Assembly: GCA_023213395.1 (NCBI GenBank)
Contig: CM041465.1
Location: 219,363,741 to 219,427,740, forward strand
Origin: Cycas panzhihuaensis
Taxonomy: Eukaryota > Plantae > Cycadophyta
Length of the DNA stretch: 64,000 nucleotides
Direction of reading: 5' to 3'
The position numbers were made by a program, and so were the translations under genes. Below the pieces are notes generated by a model. It saw only the letters and a program-made list of their open reading frames with translations. It was not told the DNA's origin and did not search any database. This document shows, one piece after another, positions 24,458-38,800 of this stretch; position 1 is the first letter of the stretch, and every line of letters starts with the position of its first letter.

Positions 24458-27400
24458 TGAGACATTTCTTCTCACCAGCACTCTTCAAATAACAGAGAAT
24501 TAACAACTACAACAACGTCTTCTTATCTAATGGAGCAAACAAATTAACCAAGAGTTTCATAGGAACACCAGAGCACTAAATGATCACCAAAGATAGAAAG
24601 TACCACAGCACGATCTTTATAAAAATGTTCTATCAAGATAATCAACATTTACAATTTATGACCTTTATATAGACAAAAGAGGGTCTTATACATGTAATCG
24701 TATTGGCAGCCTAAGCGGCCTTACATTCTATTGGACAGCAGCAGCCAAGTATACCATTGGCCAACTTAATGGCACATGCACGAAGTTCCATAGTTAACCT
24801 TATCTTGATAGCTCTCTGTATGCTAAGGGTTTACATAAATTAGCTGGATATGTTATGTAACAGGTCCCCTGCCCTAAGATGTTGAGTCCTCGAGGCATGT
24901 GAGATGCAGTTGCTCTTTGATAAACTCCTCAGACTCTCAAGTTGCTTCGTTAGAGTTGCAGCATGACCACTGTATCAAATATTCTGAAATGGACCAATTT
25001 TGAAGATGGCATTATCTGGTAGCTAGTATACATTTTAGAGGTACAGACAAGGTTTGTTCTTCATCCAAAATTAGAAGGGTTATTTAGGGAATGTAGGTTT
25101 TTCTTAGACACTTCCGAAGATAAGAGACATGAAAAACATTATGAATATTTGTGGTGGAGGGAAGGTCGAGAGCATATGCAACTTCACCAATGCGTTTACA
25201 GACTTTATAGGGGCCATAATATTGAGGGCTAAGTTTGTGGTTCTTATGATGGTGAAGGGATTATTGCTTATAAGGTTGGAGATGAAGGAATATAAGATCA
25301 CCAATATTAAAGGAGCGATCAGAGCAATGGCGGTCTGCTAATTGTTTCATTCGATTTTGGGCCATGGACAAGTTTTATTTAAGGGTGTGGAGAATTTAGT
25401 CCATATGCTGCAGTTTTTGTTGTACTACTGTCGTGCAGAGGTTGGTGGCCAAGGTATGGTGGGATGGTAGGGGATACCCATAGAGGGCCAAAAATGCAGA
25501 CATTTCAATGGCTGAATGGTGTGAGGAGTTGTACCAATACTTAGCTAGGGCTAGCCATGATGTCCATTTAGACTTATGGTCAGATGTAAAGCAACATAAG
25601 TAGGTCTCCAGAGTTTTGTTAAGGGCCTCAGATTGGCCATTGGTCTGTGGATGGTATGCCAAACTCATGTTGAATGATGTTCCTGATGCGCGGAATAACT
25701 CCTGCCAGAAGGAGCTAGTGAATTTAGGGTTGTGATCATATACAATGGTGGATGGAAAACCGTGCAAATGAAATATTATCTAGATATAAATGTCAATGAT
25801 CCATGGACCTTTATATGTTGTGTGCATAGATAAGAAGTGAGCATATTTTTTCAACCTATCTATGACTACTAAAATGGAGTCAGATCTGGTAGATAGTGGT
25901 AGGCATGTTATAAAGTCTATGGCAATATCTTGCCATTTACCTTGTGGCATGTGTAATGGTTAAAGGAGACCTGGTTGGGATTTTGTATTCGCTTCGTTAC
26001 ATTGGCATGTTTCACATTCTAAGACAAAGGTAAGGATGGTAGATTTCATTTATGGCCAAAAGAAATCAGAACGTATCCAACGATAAGTTTTATCAAAACC
26101 ACAGTGACCACCAAGAGGGGAAGAATAATATTCTGATAAAATCTGAGAGATAAATGTTGATTGGGGGTGTACAAATATATGATTTTGGTATAAGAGAAGA
26201 TTATTATGGATGGACCAATTCTTATGAGTGTGGACCTTATTAGCCTAATGCGCAAAATCAGGTTGGGTTTGGTTAGTCGTGGCTAAATCATGTATCCATG
26301 TCGGTTGTGGGGAAGAAATGGCATAAATGGTGGGGTCCTCGGTGTGACCGGTGTTATCGACAAGTGTGGGTGAAGGTAACCTCGAGAGAGTATCTGACAC
26401 AATGTTATCTTTCCCCTTTTTATATGTGATTGTAAAATTGAAAACTTGGAGGCGGTCAACCCATTTAGCCTGCTCTTCTGAGAGGGTTGGTTAATCTAGT
26501 AAGCGACGAAGGCTATGATGATCAATGAGGATAGTAAATTTAGAACCAAGTAGGTATTATCATTGCTTATCAACAGCATGGAGGATGGCCCACATTTCTT
26601 TTTGATAGGTAGACATTCTACACTCATGATCTTTGAGTTTCTGACTTTCAAAGGCAATGGGGTGGAAGTCTTGTATGAAGACTACACCTAATCCAAACCC
26701 AGAGGTATCACATTCTAATTAGAAAGGCTGACAAAAGTCAGGAGAGACCAAGACCGAGGTGGTTATCATGACCTCCTTTAGATGGAGGAAGGCCTCATTA
26801 GCTGAGGGGGACCATTGGAAGGAATCCTTCCAAAGTAAGTGGGTTAAAGGGGTGGTTAGTGTGGCATAATTTCGAATGAACCGACAATAGAATCTGGTAA
26901 GTCCTAGGAAAGCCCACAAGTGGGTCAAGGTTTTTGGGGTTGGCCAATTAGTAATGACAGAGATTTTATTGAAATCCACCTGAACCCCTGCAAAGGATAT
27001 AATATGACCAAGGTATTGTAGCTCAGATTTCCCAAACTCACATTTGGAGAATTTAGCATACAATTTATTTTTAGCTAGGATTTGAATGACCGTTTCTAGA
27101 TGCGGGATGTGAGCAGGCATGTTTGAGCTGTAGATAAGAATATCGTCAAAGAAGATGATGATAAATTTTTACAGGTATAGTAGAAAGATCTTGTTAATGA
27201 GGGTCTGAAAGGTGGCCGAAGCATTACATAGGCCAAAGGGCATGACCTGGAACTCAAAGTAGACATGGTGGGTTTAGGAAGTTGTTTTATGTTGATCCTC
27301 TGGCAAGATAAAGATTTGGTAATATCCTAACTATAAATCAAGTTTGGTGAAAATTGTAGCTCCATGGATTTTATCTAACATGACATCGATTCGTGGCGTG

Positions 27401-30400
27401 GGAAACTTATTTTTTATAGTGATTTTATTGAGTGCACGATAGTCAACATAAAGTCAGAAAGAGCCATCCTTTTTTGCGAACTAAAACGATGGGTATCATA
27501 TATAGGCTTTTACTAGGTTGGATGATACCCATGTCCAACAATTCCCTTGTGATTTTTTTAATTTTATTTTTTTGGAAATATGAGTTCCTATATGGTCGAA
27601 GGCTAATCAGGTCATGTGCACTTTGTAACTCAATACTATGGTAAAAACCTTGATCAAGCAGGGGGCTGGTAGGTAATGGGGCAAATACTGATTGGTATCG
27701 ATCTAATACTTGTTGGATATCAGGGTGGATACCTGAAGGGGCTTGGATATGGTTAAGACAAATGATGTATCCTATGTTACCATTAAGTTGGTGGCGCATT
27801 TGGGTGGGTGAGATTACTTTGTTTGGGGGGCTTGCATCCCATAAAGTTTATGAGAGCGACCCATGTGATCTTTGAATATAATGAAGGGGGCCATGGGTGA
27901 GTTATTAGCGCTATAAATTCCTAGAGTCTGGAGCTATTGTACGCTAAGAATTGCATCTGACCCACCTATGGACATGGCATAAAAATTAGAGATAAGGATA
28001 TTTGAGCCAATGTGGACCATGAGGTTTTTTATTATTCCGGCATAATAGAGGGTGTGATGACCAAGTAAGGAGCAAGTAAAGCCTGTTTTAGGTTCTATGT
28101 AAAGATTCAACTGTTGAGCAATGGAGATATCGATGAAATTTAGTGACGTGCCACCATCGATCAAAATGGTAATTGGGGTTTTCCTAAGTATTCCCTTGAC
28201 TCGAAGTGGTTCAGGACATGCAATGGAGGTAACAATTGATAATGAAACTTCAAGCTCAGGGTTTGGGGGCAACTCATTAGTAGGGTGGTCTTGGGATTCA
28301 TCATCATATTCATGCTGAGTCTTGAGGTCATCTTCCAAAGATAAGTTTGGGTCAATTGCGAAGACCATCTTCCTAGCTTTGCAAATTCTACCATGACCAG
28401 TGGTCTATTTTTCATAACATTGCATACATAGATTAGATTCCTGACGATATTGTGCCTCTACTAGAGTGATATGTATGGACTTTAAAGATGGTTTCTCCAT
28501 GCACTGCTCAAGAGATGTAGTTGGGTAGTCCTCTGGTCGTGGGCACGATCGTTGGTAGTCAGTTGGACGTGGTCTTTAGGACCAGGTTGTATCAACTTGT
28601 CGAGATTATGAAAGCCAAGTGGAGTCTCATCTGAATAGAGGAGGTCTTTCAGCGACAAACTCTACTTCTACTAATTTGGCCATATTAATTATATCTTTTA
28701 GAGTAGATAGGGAGACTGTCTTCAAGCGTATTTGGATAGGTTCTTTAAGCTCGAACATATACATATCTATCTCTGTATGTTTTTCAAGTTGCTGATCAAC
28801 CTGATTACGTAAAAATTGGAACTCATGAGTGTAAACTTTGACAGAGGATACTTGCTTCAAACGTGTTAGCTGTGTGAAAAAAGATTGGTTCTAAGTGTCT
28901 TCATACTACTCAGAAAAACAAGCAGAGAAGTGTGCCCAAGACTGGTTAGAGGGGTACTCCCGCTTCCACCATCGGAACCAATGATGTGGCTTCCCATATA
29001 AATGGATGGAAGCAAATGTAAGTTGTTCATTTACTAACATTGGCTTGAGTGTAAAGTAGGAATCTAGCTTGCTAATCCAACTTCGTGCACTATCCCTATT
29101 GAGATCTGGATCAAATGTGGGTATGTTGATCTTATAATAAAATGGATGCTACTAACGTAGAGGTAGAGGCACAATTTGTTGTTGTATGGGCTGAATGGTG
29201 GTGGAGGAGAGAAGTTGCTCAACTTCTTAATTACATTTTGGACATCATCATAGGATGCGAGGTTTGACAGTCTTGAGTTAAATTCTTCTCGAATGGTAGC
29301 TACTTCATTTTTAACCTCCTCGTGCATGTGGGAGAAATCCTCTTTGATTTTTTCCTGAATACTAGTAATGTGTGTCTCAAGTGCTGAGATTTTGTCACTG
29401 TTGCTCTAAGGAGCCATAGAGAAAGGGCATAAAGAGGTGGGAATAAGTAGAAAGAAGGGGAATGAACGAAGTGGGACAGATCAAGAAAGAATGAGATGTA
29501 AGGAAAAGGGAGTTATTGAGGGAAGGAGAAGGGGGTAAAATAGGAAGATTGTGAGGTGTCTATAGTCTATTAACCCCAAAGAAATTTACATAAACAAGAT
29601 ATCAGGTTCTCTTAAACAAGTGCGAAAAGCTCGTTCAAATGAGATATATAAAGTGTAGGGGGATGGGGGTAGTGGGGCCCACCGGCGACCCGGTACTAAA
29701 AAAACATGAAAATGTTTGGTATGTACCAACTTAGTGCAAATTGACCAGTACGATGTGCTGATCAAAATGAGGTATATATTTGTAAGGGTAAATTTTCGCA
29801 TGAGGTATATATTTTTTATTTTTATTCTTTTTCTCTCTTTTGTGTTTTTTTTTTCCCTTTTCTTTTCTTTTCTTCCTTTTTTTTTTTTTTCCTTTTTTTT
29901 CTTCCCCCCTTTTTTTTTCTCCTTTATGTAGTGGGTCTTACTATATTGAGAGGTTTTGAGCTCAACAGTAAGATGAATCTTTGTTTTTTTTTTTTTCCAA
30001 AATGTGAGGTGACTTACGGTCTGAACCAAGAATATGTATACCAAAGTATCCTACCAACAACTAGACAAGGTGTGCTTGGTCTTATAGGCCTGCCAATAAA
30101 CTGTAGAAGTTCAAGGCAAGTAGCTTCATGGCACTAACCACTAACCACTTCATTACAAGACTTCAACGGTCAATAGTTGCTTATGCTAGGAAAGGATTAG
30201 GACCTGAAGGGGGTCCTCCTATATACCTGGAGGTACGTGGAGACGCACTACCGTATCTAGGTTCTGTCTAAGGCTTGGCTCGGGAGTGTTACTCTAATCC
30301 TTCACACAAAGGGCGGGAGGGCCAGTATGCACTTAGCTAGAGCAGCGGATCCTGCGATATTCTGCACCCCAAAGATAGGGTTTTTACCTAACTACTTGGG

Positions 30401-31155
30401 TAGCCGCCCAACGGTGTTATCTACCTGGGAAAGGAGGTGGGAGGGAGAAAGGGTAGTCGCCCAACATTGTTATCTACCTTTTAGATATAATTCAATGCAA
30501 AAATTGAAATATAGAAATGAAATTAAAACTAGATGAAAGACAAAGTACTAGCGTTACTTAGGAAAAGAATTTCCTTTTTCTCCCAACTCTTTGACTTTTT
30601 GAGTACCGTTTCTCAATCTCCATAGAGAGAGTACTAAGTAAAGGTCTTTCCTCGATCTCTACTAGAGGGAGTACTCAATCTGATAAGGAAAAAAAAAATT
30701 ATGATCTTTCGAGCAGCTTCCCATGATTGCGACGCAGCTCTGATACCACTTGGGACGTTTCTTCTCACCAGCACTCTTCAGATAGCAAAGAATTAACAAT
30801 TGCAGCAGTGTCTTCTTATCTAATAGAGCAATCAAATTAACTAAGAGTTTCATAAGAACACCAGAGTACTAAATGATCACAAAAGATAGAAAGTACTACA
30901 ACACTATCTTTATAAAAATGTTTTATCAAGATAATCAACATTTATAATTTATGACCCTTATATAGACAAAAGAGGGTCTTATACATGTAATCCTATTACC
31001 GGCGTAATTGACCTTACATTCTATTCGACAACAGCGGCCAAGTATACCATTGGCCAGCTTGACGGCACATGCAAGAAGTTCCATAATTAACCTTATCCTG
31101 ATAGATCTTCGTATGCTAGTGGTTTACATAACTTAGTCGGATAATTTACGTAACA
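24458..31155 (-). mobile_element. Full-length decayed Reina-like chromovirus, copy 2 (same family as copy 1)
   Basis: LTRs at 24458-24862 and 30751-31155. Perfect TSD TATTC (24453-24457 and 31156-31160). PBS TGGTATCAGAGC (reverse complement at ~30737-30748). Colinear with copy 1 throughout. Confidence 0.96.
24877..29417 (-). pseudogene. gag-pol of chromovirus copy 2 (disrupted)
   Basis: Protease LIDGGTSLNFID (27934-28368), RT/RH (26719-27799), INT YHPQTNGQSE (25396-25767), chromodomain near 24900-25040. Confidence 0.93.
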
Positions 31156-31191
31156 TATTCCATCCATACATTTAAAAGTATAAATGAAAAT

Positions 31192-31194
<3 letters not shown>

Positions 31195-31235
<41 letters not shown>

Positions 31236-31322
31236 TAGATAGATAGATATACATACATACATACATATATATACACATACACATACACATACACATATAT
31301 ATATATACACACACATATATAC

Positions 31323-31377
<55 letters not shown>

Positions 31378-31390
31378 CATATATTTATAT

Positions 31391-31459
<69 letters not shown>

Positions 31460-31522
31460 TATATATAGATAGATAGATAGATATATATATATATATATAT
31501 GTATATATAGATATATAGATAT

Positions 31523-31576
<54 letters not shown>

Positions 31577-31602
31577 GTACATAGATATATATATATATAC
31601 AT

Positions 31603-31669
<67 letters not shown>

Positions 31670-31709
31670 TATACATATATATATACATATATATACATAT
31701 ATATGTATA

Positions 31710-31753
<44 letters not shown>

Positions 31754-31799
31754 CATATATACATACATACATACATATATACATACATACATATATATA

Positions 31800-31859
<60 letters not shown>

Positions 31860-31874
31860 TATATATATAGATAT
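31195..31874. repeat. ~680 bp compound (TA)n/(CA)n/(TAGA)n/(TACA)n microsatellite
   Basis: Seen directly; includes a pure (CA)n block at ~31525-31566. Confidence 0.97.
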
Positions 31875-32749
31875 CCTCTAAGATCTCATACTCCATTACC
31901 ACCTGTATAAAACGGCTCACTCTAACTTAGCCACATCACCTCAAGATTTTCCAATCAATAGTTGAAAGGGCACCTATAAAAGTACTTATAGCTAGTCATT
32001 CATTCTCCTAAATCTCTATCTTCTCGATATGTTGCAATACAAGTCATTTATGTAGGTAAGTTTTATTGTTTAAATGTAAATCTTTTATATTTTTTTTACC
32101 TATTATAAATCTATTAAAAACATGATTTCTCTATCTTAAAACACAATTTCTTAGTTCGAAAATATGATTTTGTAATTCCCATAACTGTGATAAGCATATT
32201 TTTGAGCTAAATGTTGAGTTTTTTGTACTCTACCTATATTTTTTCACCTGTTAAATTACATTTTTCAATGAAAAATCACATCAAAAATAACTTTTTATTA
32301 TTGAAGACTCACTAAATATTAAGCTCCTTGATGTATTATCTTGGCGTGACTCTCCTTACATAAATATCACTCTCAATGAGCTGCCTTGTCACTCCACATA
32401 ATCATAAATTTGCTCTGGATGTTTCTCAACTCTCAATGATAAAAATGACTATTAAATCAAAGGTTTCACATATAAAAAGGGGGTCCCCTTCATCCAAGGC
32501 CTAAAATTTTCCTTCATTCAATGCAATTCTATCATGCAAATATAGTTTGATTCGATATTTCTTACTCATTATAGGCCTCTTTTTATCCTTATTATTAGTG
32601 TTTCACACTATTAATGAGAGGAACATTTTACATTTTTATGGGATGTCCTTTTTGAGTTTAATATCCTCAATTCTAGGCATGTTAATGGATTACAATATCC
32701 ATCTTCTTGTGGCTTTCATTCTTCATTTATATGCTCCATGAATTCATCT

Positions 32750-32870
32750 ATTGAAAAGTTAAAACTATGATAGTTGCACTTTGAAAATTCACCTATTAAT
32801 GAGCTTAAACTATGATAGTCTTAAGCTCTAAAAAATCATACGTTAATGAGCATGAACTATGATAATCCAT
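32750..32870. repeat. ~45-bp degenerate tandem repeat (TTAATGAGC..AACTATGATA core)
   Basis: The core occurs three times here, and a related motif TAATGAGCTAAAACTATAGATAATCC lies at ~22756. Confidence 0.6.
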
Positions 32871-35800
32871 CCCATTATACTCTTGCATGGGATCTCAACT
32901 CTGAAGCACTGTTAATAAGAATAAATTATGACAACAACTCTTATTTAAGCTCCATTCATTTAATAGGCATTTTGGTATCATCACTAGTTGAGTTTATTAG
33001 TACAATTAAAATTTAGTTTGTGAGTGTTTTGACTTAGTTTTATTAGACTTTCATGTTGATTAAGGTTGTTTTCTATTTTCTCCCTTTATATATAGTCTCA
33101 TCATTTAGGTCTCTCCTTTATGACATCAAGGATACCTTCATCGACAATTCCAAATTGCCACCTTTCATCACCCTGCTTCCATTTTAAAGAGCTTAAAGTG
33201 TCAAGGAGGCAAATATTTTACCAAAATTAGTTCTTTTATTTGATTTGGATATGTGTTACTAATTGATCATTTATATACTTTAGTATACATATTATTATCT
33301 TTGGTTATCATGTAGAGTTGTTGTTTGGTACTTGATTTTTTATATCATGGTCTTGATTGAGATTGTATCAACTTTGATGTTCATATCATATTTATTTTTC
33401 ATTGTGATCTAATGACTAAATGATATACTATATATGATGGTGATTTACACATGCTGATGACTGATATTATGGTATTATCTCTTAATTCTTGCCTATTCTA
33501 ATTCATCCAATCCTATATTTTGCTCCTTGTTTATTTTATTTATCTTTATTTTGTGATTATTTCATGTATATGTCATATTCTTCATCTTAGGTTTGTGCCT
33601 TGAGTTATTTTTTTAGGCTATATTAGTCAATGTTTTAGTCAAATATCTTTAGTAGATTCATTTATCTAAAATATTTGTATTTTATATTTTTTCTTTTTAA
33701 CTTTTACTTATTTATCACAAATTTAATATACCTAAAAATGTAACTTTATTCATAAAGTGTGACATTGTATTTTAAGAAAAAATTCACATTTTTGGCCCTT
33801 TATAAAATGTGACTATCATGTTTTATAAAGAAAGCCACGTTTTTAACTATTACTCATAATTATGTTTTATAAGGAATGTTGATTCCCTTTTATTCTCATA
33901 TATCATTACCTAGATTTATAGAAGCTCACTACCCCTTACCTCTAAATGCCTTGAGACTCTCAATTCAATCATCTTTCATGTAATTTTCTATTACAGAAGA
34001 AGTGAATCTAAAGAGAGTAGTGGATTTTTAGCTTGTTGATTTTTAGAATTTTATATGGATTGCATAAGATTGTTGCAATGCCAGACACCTTTAGAGCATT
34101 TTCTCATCATCTATTCTTCCTCTTAAAACCTAGTAATATTACTCCTTGATGTGAAGATCTTGGTTTTGATGATTTATGAATGCTTTGTGCTCTCTTTTAT
34201 CCATTTTTTTCTATGAGTTTATGGATGAATTTTTCTCTTAAGTATTGGAGATTTGACTGAGGACTAATCCTTGTGAACTTAAGTTAGACCTACCAAGGAG
34301 AATAGAGGGATGCATTCACCCTATTATTTACTCAATTCTTAGGTCCCTTTACTTACCCTCTCATTGGAGTTATTTTCTTCCAAGTTCTATTCCATTAGAA
34401 CATATATTTCTCTTGTTTTTCAAATACTTTATCATCTTCCTTCCACTCTCATGATTTCAAAGATTAGATAATGAAGTATAGGCAAAATCTAGGTACCATC
34501 GTGAGGTATACTTCATTGATTTCATCAATTTCTCAAGTAAGTTAGCTTGTTTATTTGATTTATAGATCTTTAAATTAAAAAAGATAAAAGATAAAGATAA
34601 AAATATATGTATGTGCATGTGATTTATTCTTTGAAAGTAGAGTTTCTTCATCATCATTATGTATGCATGTCATTTGAGTTGATGTAGCTTCATTAGAAAG
34701 TCTTGATCTATACTTATAGGTCTCTATTATCTTTTATTTTCATTTTTCATACAAATCTTTTATCTTCCATATTATCATTGAAAATTATTTCAACTTGATT
34801 CCTATATTGCATGTAATTAAATCCTGTCAAGTGGCTCTTCTTTTGGATATATTTACTTTGAAACTTCTCTCCATTCAAGCATACCTTACATGCAAAAGAG
34901 GGATCTTTAATAAGAGAGGAATTAGATCAACTTCAAACTCCTTTTATCTAAGTATGTATATCTTTTCTTTTTAGAACTTTTCTCTCCTTTTTTAAAGTCG
35001 AAATTGTTGTAAAGTTAAAATCAAAAGAAAGTTGAAGGAAATCTTTTCTTATTATGAACTTATTTCTTTGCTAGTTCTTCTCTCCTTTCTTGTTCTGTTC
35101 ACTTCATTGAAAACAAAAAAGATTTCTTGTATCTTGCATGCATGACATTATAAATCCTTTATTATGAGAATATGAAAGTTACATGATTATTTGATTGTTA
35201 TCTTCTTACATGTTATCGAATATACGTAAAAAGTAGAAAGAAGAGTAAGAAGACATTATAAATAAAATAGCCATAAGTGTAATTTCTGAATTCATATCTC
35301 CTTCATTACTTGTGTTATTTGACTATTTCCTTTTTTGCATGCATGTGGTTTGTCACCTTATGCAAATGAAATATATCCTATAATTATTGCTCATAGGTCT
35401 ATTTCATTTGTTTGTATAAATTTATCTTATTACATGCACTTTGTTAATTATGATTTCACACCATCTTATACTTATTAAGAATCACATACACAAGCAATTA
35501 AAGACTCCTTTATAGGAATCAGTTTAGGTGCTTTGCATCTTTGGATTAGTTGACCTCCTTTCTCTATTATATTTTATTTTGGTAAACAAACCTTATTAAA
35601 GAGACATCTGGTCCAAAGTATCTAAGATAGCCCCAAGTTATCATACCCTTGGTTATATCATAAATAGGGTATTATAGGGTTTTTAAGAACAGTTAAGAGT
35701 TTGTTGACAAATATAAGAGCACATTTCTATAATAACTTTTAACGTTATTCCTATTTAGTGTGGTCATATGGCTAATTTCTAGCTCCTTACGCGGTGTCCT

Positions 35801-38800
35801 AGGTATTTTACATTGTGTCAACACTCTGCAAAGCAATTAGAGACTCTATACTTGTATAAATTAATAAGAATTTATGTGTGTTGTGTTAGGGATACTTAAT
35901 GGCCATTTTTTGTGTAGTTTTATGTAATTTATTATATTATTTTTTATCATATAATAATCTTGGGTGGTGGTTTGTTTGACTCCTATACAAATAAGTTAGT
36001 TGGTGTTGAAAATTATAGCACCTTGAAACATCAAATGATTAATATGTTGTGCATGAATAGACTATGTTAGATGGTACTCAATAATATAAAGAAATTAGAT
36101 GAGAAAACTATTACAAAAAGAGAAAAGGCTAAATATAAAGTAAAATCTAATTTTGCCTTAAGGTTAATAAATATATCCATCAATGATAGTCTAGTGAAAA
36201 ATGTTAAAAGAGTTCAAACACCTAAGGATACATAGGATGTCATTATTTCTATCTTTAAAATAAAAAATGATGCAAGGATCATAATAGAGTGGTTATCTCT
36301 TCAGTAATACAAGCATACAAGTAGAATAATATATCTCAAAGAAAATAGAACCAAGCCCTTCATAGGAATATTTCTTTTGTAGATTTTTAGTTTTCTATTC
36401 CAAAAGCTTTAAAATTGAAAACTAAATAATTTTCTAATACATAAGTATATAAATTCAAAGCCTTTGGCCATGCAAAAATTCTAACTACCATCCCCTAAAA
36501 TTAAGAAATAAATTTAGAGCAAAAAAACTCCCAAATCCAAAACATTTTATTTTTAGTAAATTTTTTATAGTGCTTCGAATCATATAAAAATTAACCTATA
36601 AATAGTTAAACATGTCATGGGCCCCATAAACACTTTAATAAAGTAAATTTAATCTCTTAACTAAGAAAAGTAATACCCACAAAGTTTTATAAAAAAAAAT
36701 AAAAAAAAATAGACTGAAATTTTGAGTAACCAAACAACGTACTTTGGGCCTAAAATTGATTTATGATATTCACAAAGTAATAAAACTCTTTAAAGCCTAC
36801 ACAACTTTTTGAGATGATTGTTTTGATATATGATAATCTATACTTTTGATCATATGGAACTAACATGTGCCATTTATAGTAAATAATATTTTTTATATAC
36901 TCCCATATCATTTTCTCTTACTTAAAAAGAACTCAACTCCTATGAGTTGCTATGTTGAAACTCTTACCACTTATCTATGTTAAGTTTCTTTAGTTTACTT
37001 TCAGAAATCTAAGTATTATCTTCTTGTTGTAGGTCCTTCCATCAAGCCAAATACCTATTATATCTACCTTATCTTATGTAAACTATTTTCTTATCTAGTA
37101 CATCCTTAATTTCTTCCCTTTTCTTCTTAAATATTTATCATTCCTAATTCACCCCTTCTTCTTCATCTTCTAACTCATCTTCTCTTTCATGAAAAGAATA
37201 TAAGTTAGAAATATTAAAAATAAGTGAAATGTAAAGGTCATAAGGTAGATTTACCTCAAAAGCATTAACATCAATTTTTCTCATAATTCTACAAGGACCT
37301 GGCTTCTTATATTTTAATTTGTTGTACGTGCCTTGAGAAAATATGCCCTTCCTCAAGTGCACCATCACTAAATCCTTCTCAATAAATATCTTGTTTCTTC
37401 TGCTAAGATATGTTGCTACCTTATATTTATCATTATTATCCTACAACTTTCTCTTCACCTCATCATGCACATATTGCATGTGTTCAGTGAAGACTCTTGC
37501 ATTATCATTGATCCTATATTCAATAGGTAATTGGGCCAAATATAATACTCCCTTTGGATTTCTGCCATATATAATTTAGAATAGTGACTTATTAGTAGAT
37601 TTATTAATAAAACTATTATAGGTAAATTTAACTTGTACTAGTGTTATATCCCATTATTTGGGCTTCTCTCTAATAATACACCTTAGTAAGTTTTATAAAC
37701 TTCTATTCATTAATATTATTTGCCCATCAGTTTGTGGGTGGTATGCACTATTGAATTGTAACTTTGTTCCTTATTTCTTCTATAAAGTTTTATATAAGTA
37801 ACTTAGAAATTCAGTATCTCTATCTAAAATAATAGTCCTCAATATCCCATGTAATCTAACAACCTCCTTGAAAAATAGATGTCTTATTCTAGTTTCATCA
37901 TAGTTTTTCTACAAGCAATAAAGTTAGTTATTTTTTAAAACCTATCAATAACAATAAAAATAAAACCATTACCTTATTGGGAGTTAGGTAGCCCCAATAT
38001 AAAATATACACTCAAGTTTATCCATAGCCCCTTTAGAAGTGGTAATGGCATGCATAATTTAGTGGTTTGTACATGCCCTTTAACTACCTAATAGATCCTA
38101 CACTAGCCTCATATTTGGCAATATCTTATTTTATGTTTGGTTAAAAATATATTTTCTCTACTATTGCTATGATTTTATTTTAGCCAAAGTTCTCTCCAAG
38201 TCCCCCACCATATATTTCTCTTATGATGTAATCCCTTATGGATCAAAATGAAATGCATAGTTACTTTCATTTAAATAAATCCCATCATACATAAAATAAG
38301 CATCATACTCAGGTCTACTTCTATTAGCTAAAGAGTTCCTATAGTATTCCTTATCTCTACTAAAACTAGAATTAGTGCCATACAAATCTTTTAAAGTATC
38401 AAACCTAACCACTTCACATACCATAGTAGTTATTAGTGCTATCTATCTACTCAAGGCATTAGTAACCTAATTTTATTTTTTTTATTTATGATTTGGATAA
38501 AAAGTAAATCTCTACAGATATGATACCCATTTTTCATACATAATATTTAACTTTTTTGGTGTGTTTATATACCTTAATGCCTAGTGGCATATAAATAAAA
38601 AACTCTTTAAGCACAAGGTAATGTCACTAATGCCTTACAAACTATACAATTGCATAGAATCTATATCATAGGTATAATATTTCTTTCTCATCTCATTCAA
38701 ATTTTCACTATAAAAAGCTATTAGTCTTTCTTCCTAACTCAATATGGCCCCAATAACTATATAAGAAGTATTAGAGTTGACCTTAAGCATCTTTTTTAAA

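Noticed and set aside
29586-30044. Poly-Lys and poly-Phe ORFs (also 18216-18434)
   Set aside because: Produced by the A/T homopolymer tract in the chromovirus leader.
31093-31910. Long YI/CV-repeat ORFs
   Set aside because: Translation artefacts of the dinucleotide microsatellite.
33900-35200. Possible minus-strand decayed coding region (EIDEINEVY.., Helitron-like at first glance)
   Set aside because: The expected downstream Helitron motif (R...EA.WR) is absent, so no family can be supported.
35702-35823. 122-bp segment bounded by TGTTGACA/TGTCAACA as a solo mini-LTR or MITE
   Set aside because: No TSD, PBS or PPT and no second copy in the window. It could be chance or the end of a longer LTR.
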